64,000 bases of DNA, from contig CM082578.2 in the NCBI GenBank assembly GCA_040954595.2, forward strand, positions 1,718,831 through 1,782,830, written 5' to 3'. The notes under the pieces were generated by a model, which was not told the origin of the DNA, ran no database searches, and was given only the letters and a program-made list of their open reading frames with translations. Below, in pieces: positions 1-64,000 of the stretch; the first letter of the stretch is position 1, and every line of letters begins with the position of its first letter. The stretch comes from Balanoglossus misakiensis. Its lineage: Eukaryota; Animalia; Hemichordata. Made by a program: the position numbers and the translations under genes.

Positions 1-136
1 CATTTTTGGTCCAAAAGTCCACTCATGTCAGAAACGGCTCTTCCAGTTGTTTTGGATTTTGGTTTATTGGGATGTGAAAATATTCTTCATCAGATTTATT
101 CTTATATTACCTCATCAATGCTAAAGGTGCCCTTAT

Positions 137-391
137 AGGGACAAAGTCTCTCTCTCTCGCTACCCTTTTCCCAGTTATTATGTTTGATACAAGACACCGT
201 TTATGTTGTTCTACATGAGGATATATAGTGAATCAACATTCAACCATTTTTAGGATATGAGAGTAAAAATCTCGCCCAAAATGAAGCGGGATGGAATGTT
301 GATTCACTATATATCCACATGTAGAATAACATAAACGATAATCAAACGATAATTAATGGAAAAGGGGCAGCGAGAGAGAGACTTTGCCCCT
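137..391. mobile_element. MITE family K (TIR AGGGACAAAGTCTCTCTC...), Kolobok-like
   Basis: Terminal inverted repeats; related copies at 792-2307, ~35580-35840, ~36240-37757, 38368-38736, ~43240-43569, ~47750-47871 (partial), ~60079-60388. TTAA flanks both ends of the 38368 copy; TTAA TSD with AGG..CCT ends is Kolobok-like. Confidence 0.75.
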
Positions 392-505
392 TAATGGTTT
401 TGTGTAGGAAATTGTGATCACTATGATTGTACGGTATGTCACATTTAAATGTACATATCAAATGGGAGCACAGTGTCTTTGATGCTATTTTTTATATCTT
501 TTCAG

Positions 506-707
506 TTTATCTCCTTTGCAACAGAAGATGGGGCTGATCAAGTGTCTGTATACGATGGCGCTGAACTGAATCCCGTCCTCCGACTTGCTTTATTTTCTGG
601 GATGGAGTTACCCAATGTCATCATATCTTCCAAAAGTGTGATGAGAGTTGACTTTAAGAGTGATGATGCAGTTACAATGAGAGGTTTTCATGCACATTAC
701 TGGGCAG
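506..707 (+). CDS. Duplicate copy of CUB2 C-terminal exon
   Basis: ttcag|FISFATEDGADQVSVYDG...GFHAHYWA|gtaggt; same peptide as 35956-36157. Confidence 0.8.
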
Positions 708-1103
708 GTAGGTAACGCATTCAAATTGATCAAGATGTTGTTTGAATGAAGAGGCAATCAAGGATTCATGATACAAGAGAACAATGTTTTATAGGGACAA
801 AGTCTCTCTCTCTCTACCCTTTTTCCAGGAATTATGATGATACAATACAGCATTTATGTTATTCTACATGTGGATATATAGTGAATGAACATTCAACCAC
901 ACACAACTTCCATCCCACTTGTAGACATAAGAGTGAAAAAACTCGCCAAAATGAAAAATCGGTCTCTACCGTTTATTCATTTTGGCAAGATTTTTACTCT
1001 CATATCCTACAAACGGGATGGAAGTTGTGCGTGGTTGAATGTTCATTCACTATATATCCACATGTAGAATTACATAAACAGTGTCTTGTATCAAACATAG
1101 TTA

Positions 1104-2267
1104 TAGTGCAGGAGCTAAACCCAAAATTTGGGCATAATTGTGCACTTTGGGTTAAAAGCATGAAACTTGGTACACTTATGCATTGACCCATGGCGGCCAT
1201 TTTCTGATATGGATCCAAAACGACAGCGCCCTCTAGCGGCCAGAAACAGACATTTATACTTTAAAATTGTACACTTCGGGTTAAAAGCATGAAATTTGGT
1301 ACAATTATTCATTGACCCATGGCGGACATTTTCCAATATGGATCCAAAAAGACAGCGCCCTCTAGTGGCTAGAAACTGACATTTACACTTTCCCCCCCAT
1401 TAATGACACTTTTTGGGCAAGTTTAACACTCAGAGACAGAAATGTGGGTTGTAAAACATGCTTGCTGCCATACATTCCTTTTAATATTATCCTAATCCTG
1501 ATGTACATGTATCAGATCAATCTTGTATGTTACTAATTGAACGATTTGTTCTTCGAAATAACAGACCAGTTTTATTCACAAAGTCATGCAAAGGGGTAAG
1601 ACAACACCTCTTCTCCAGAAAGTCAAGGGTTCTCGAGAATACAGGCAGCTCCTAAAGAACATGTGCTGTGAGAAACCTAGCAAAGCTATATCAAACCAAC
1701 AGAATCCCAGTGGAAATCAAGTTAGACAACTCTTAGTCAAGCCCAAGAAAAGAGTCAACCACAGGAAATCAGTTGCAAAAAGTCATACACATGTTTCTGT
1801 AGGTGCTTTAGATCTAGTCTTGCAGCAGTGGTCATTGTTACTGTGAAGGAAGATGTCATCAAGATTGATCTGATACATGCATATCAGGATTAGGATAATA
1901 TACACATGAATGTATGATACCAACCATGTTTTACAACCCATATTCCTGTTTCTGAGTGTTACAAATTACCAAAAAGTGCCATTAATGGGGAAAGTGTGAA
2001 TGTTAGTTTATGGTCACAAGAGGGCGCTGTCATTTTGGATCCATATCAGAAAATTGCCGCCATGGGTCAATGCATACGTGTACCAAGTTTCAGGCTTTAA
2101 ACCCGAAGTGCACGGTTTTTAAGTATGAATGTATGTTTCTGGCCACTAGAGGGCGCTGTCATTTTGGATCCATATCAGAAAATGGCTGCCATGGGTCAAT
2201 GCATAAGTGTACCAAGTTTCATGCTTTTAACCCAAAGTGCACGATTTTTTGGTTAACTGCCCCACTA
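1104..2267. mobile_element. Foldback element with ~410-bp inverted arms nested in a K-family MITE
   Basis: TA|TAGTG...CACTA|TA; arms ~1104-1520 and ~1865-2267 are reverse complements with ~130-bp subrepeats; second copy 36554-37717. Confidence 0.85.
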
Positions 2268-4444
2268 TAATGGAAAAAGGGCAGCGAGAGAGAGAAACTT
2301 TGTCCCTTTAAATCACTTAAAATCCTTCCCAAAGAATTTCAACCCAGTAAGAATTGTAAGGATCACAAATATATCTTCCTTTGCCATTCTTTCTGGAGGT
2401 TTATAAGCTCATCTGATACTGGGTCATTATGGAACTTTTTAACAGAAAAAATAACAAAATGTGAAAAAAGTTAAATGAGTTTAATTTGCTAACTACATGT
2501 ATAACGACAGAAATGTTTGACCTAAGGAAAAATGTCTGTCTTTTTCAAAACGTTGTATTATACTTCTGTGTTATTCGAACTTTAATACAAGTGACAGTAT
2601 CAGAGGACAGATTTGGCACAGACAAAATTCGTATAAACAAACCACAGAGAAAACGTCAAAATGGAGCGATTTATAAAATTATCAATTCCACGAGTTTGCA
2701 AATTAAAGTTAAAGATATACAGTTTCATTGGGTGGATCACTATCCTAGAGCGGTCTGGAAGCATGGGTGCATTTTTACCTGGTGTCTGTTTACCTGGTAA
2801 AAATAGGTTATTGTTCTCCCCTGCTTTTCATAGCGGATGTTTTAACACGTCTCCTCGAGATCAAACATTAATGAGCGATTAAAAGCGCTTCGTATACTTT
2901 TTGTGGGTCGAGTTGTGTTTTTCGTTTTATTTGGTCATTAATTCGATCAGAATGTTTATTGTTGTATTGTAAAAAGCTTGGATTTTATGTTTCAGTTATG
3001 CAGAGTGCTTAAGTATGCTCGACTTGCGTGGCAATTCTGCAAAGATATTTGGAGCATTCTTTGGAATTTAATTGATTTGGACATGAGTTTGTTGTTTGGT
3101 TGGTCATGGAACAACACGTGACATTGTCTGCATGACATTCTTTAGGGTGTTTCAATTCTGTAAATGACATGAGGTGGTTAATTGCCTGTTGGTACTAAAC
3201 AGCACTCTCCCCGAGTCTAGTGGAACATTATTTTGGGGGATCTGGATTTCGTGTGCAGACGTCATTATTGCGTGACTGATACGGCGGGTATCGATTGGAA
3301 TAGGCCCTATCGTTAACATAGAAGTTCATTCTTGTTCGGGCGACCCAGGAAGGCATAAGCTGGACGTGCCTAAACTTTGTCGGACATTGTCCGACCATCA
3401 CGGCTGCAAATTGGTTCAAGTTCGGTGTAGCCTGCTCCAATAGAAATGGCGAAATTATTAAGTATAAGGTAACAACCCGAATGGGCCACTTTTTCACTCA
3501 CAGCGTCCCTATAAAACCACAGTAAGTGATAAAACAAAAGCTTAGGTCGACTTTTCATCAGCTGGAAAAACACACAACTATTAAAATGGTTAGAAAATAT
3601 AGGAAATGTCCTTATGCGTATGAAAAGCAAAGAATGAGACAGGGTCAATGAAGCCAAACTCGTGTCTTCGTGCACACGAAGACGCCCGAGCCGTTCATCA
3701 TCATGGTATTCCTCTGGGAATCTCTTGGCAACTGCATCGCGTGTACCGAGTCAGAACATGTAAATACTGACTTCTGCCATAGACGTACCAGGTGCTTCGA
3801 CGAGTTGGCCTTCTGCGTTGTAGTTTTTGGCTTTACTAGTGAAGCCGAAGGCCAAAACCAAGGACCGTGACTAAACTGAAAAGCCCCCCCCCCCCCCCCC
3901 CCCCCGCCCTCTCCAGTTTTTGTAGTAGCAATGTTCTTCATGCCTATCCCAATTCTACCGCTGGCTGCGCTGTCACAGTGACCTCAAGCCAGGTCAAAAT
4001 TGAGCTGAAAGGCAAGTTCCGTCTACATACTGATATTTCTTGGTTTCTTCGCGTATAAACTCAGGAATACTATGCCCCTGAAGCCTCGGCTGGTTTTGAT
4101 GCACGTTATCATGTTTTAATTAGTCAAAGACCCACGGTAGCAAAGTAGGTAATTGTCTTTTTTTCACGCGGATCCTTTGGTCATATATTCTGCCTGCAGC
4201 CCAGCCTGCAGCCCCATATTCGCTGATATTGTCACGTTCCTCGATAGTTATTATAATAATAAGCTAGAGACGGCCTTGTAGACTCTGAATTTTAGACTAG
4301 GAACGACTCAGCTGGCATATCGTACCACTTTTTCTGTGACATTGCCGACCGGCCCGGCACAACTACCGAGGAAAGATACGGGTGTGCTCGTGGGAATTGT
4401 CAACTACCCGTTCATCGTTCGACTGCACAGCACAGATCATTGAT

Positions 4445-4725
4445 AACACATTTCGAACTTATTTCGGAATTCTGGCAAAATTTTCGGAATGTCCTTTAGT
4501 TTCTTCACCAGACAGAAATTTTGCCATCACCTTGATGCAACTGTATCATAATTTGTCTTTTAAGTTTAATCACACCAAAAACAGCCATTTCCTGGAAACT
4601 GTCGTGTTTTCTCTCTAAAAAATCAGCTGAACATTTTGGTTCGAAGGAAACTTCAGCCTTCAGGAGATTTTCCCCCACAAAAATTCAGCCGAAAGAGACG
4701 GATCACACACCTTTGGAAAGGTGTG
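4445..4725. repeat. Interspersed repeat ending in hairpin CACACCTT-TGGA-AAGGTGTG
   Basis: Similar to ~45941-46271. Confidence 0.6.
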
Positions 4726-4844
4726 ATGCAAAATCTCATGTCACATTTATAAACCTTTAATTCACCAATATCATGTTTTCATATAGGGAATTTTGAAATT
4801 AGTTTGGAACATGTTTGATGTGTTATAAACTGATTTATTTTCAG

Positions 4845-63270
<58,426 letters not shown>

Positions 63271-63304
63271 GTAAGCAGTCGAATATGTTCTCTTGTTATG
63301 TTAA

Positions 63305-64000
63305 AGTGTTTTATCATACATGCAACACCTGTATTTAACACTTTCTATTGTTCTCGCCCCGAAGATATTATACGGTATTTCACAATGTGAAAATATCGCG
63401 TCCGCGTCTCGGCGCGACAGTTCGCTGCGCGCGCGAGCGACGCACGAGCCATAGGACTCTAGTGGAGAGGGGTGTTGTAAAATTCGGTTATTAGAAGCTG
63501 TAATAAAGTTTTCAAAGCTGGCGGTTTTGTCATGTTTAGTTCTCCGAAATTCTCAATGCAAAATAATTGTTAACATGATATTTTGAAAGAGAACGTAGAC
63601 AATTTTATTTAGAATGCGGATGTGCCCATCGTAATGAAAGCTGCCAACCCCCTTAAAATGATACTACGGCCCACACATCATACGTCACAACATGGCTACT
63701 GCCGTGATCCCAGCGCCCGGTTCAAATTTGAAATTGTTTTTCTCGGCGCATTTTCGCAAATCGTACTGTTTTATAGGTAGGCATGTATGATAAAGGGGTT
63801 ATTACACGAATTTTGGTCGATAACGCGACGCATTCTCGTGATGTCCGTATTTTGACTCGTTGCGCAGCGAAACTCGTCAAAATACGGACAATCACTCGAA
63901 TACGACAGATATACCTAATATATATGCACCAGTATCGGCGCATTTTCGCAAATCGTACTGTTTTATAGGTAGGCATGTATGATAAAGGGGTTATTACACG
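63305..64000. mobile_element. Hairpin-bearing non-autonomous element (Crypton-like, tentative) with 192-bp duplication
   Basis: IR TTTATCATACATGC / GCATGTATGATAAA; hairpin GTCCGTATTTTGAC...GTCAAAATACGGAC; sequence from 63743 repeats at 63935. Confidence 0.5.

Larger units (their letters stand above)
1..2529 (+). repeat. Segmental duplication, copy 1 (matches 35447-37979)
   Basis: Near-identical apart from scattered SNPs and small indels (e.g. 4 bp); offset 35446-35450; identity stops after gacctaaggaa. Confidence 0.97.

Noticed and set aside
3660-3690. Hairpin as canonical Helitron 3' end
   Set aside because: No CTRR terminus at the expected distance on either strand.

Overview
AT-rich animal genomic DNA, probably a marine invertebrate bilaterian; the species cannot be determined from the sequence. 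The + strand carries about 30 spliced exons of a large uninflatable (Uif/SP1070)-like cell-surface protein gene: C-type lectin, LDLa, 3 CUB, Sushi repeats, EGF, HYR and ephrin-receptor-like repeats, continuing beyond both window edges. Its most unusual feature is a roughly 1,150-aa block inserted inside one Sushi domain. The block holds Thr-rich mucin segments, two intron-containing two-domain expansin-like (DPBB + CBM63-like) modules and an RKRR site. One 27-kb intron is almost entirely a nest of five co-oriented Helentron-family elements, including a ~21.6-kb element encoding OTU-Rep-PIF1 helicase-AP endonuclease (one frameshift) with 205-bp and 951-bp tandem arrays. Bases 1-2529 recur at 35447-37979, either an intragenic tandem duplication or an assembly artefact. 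Introns also contain many MITEs, a CTCF/YY1-motif foldback element, a truncated LINE insertion and a Penelope-type hammerhead ribozyme. All calls are manual reading; no database searches were run.
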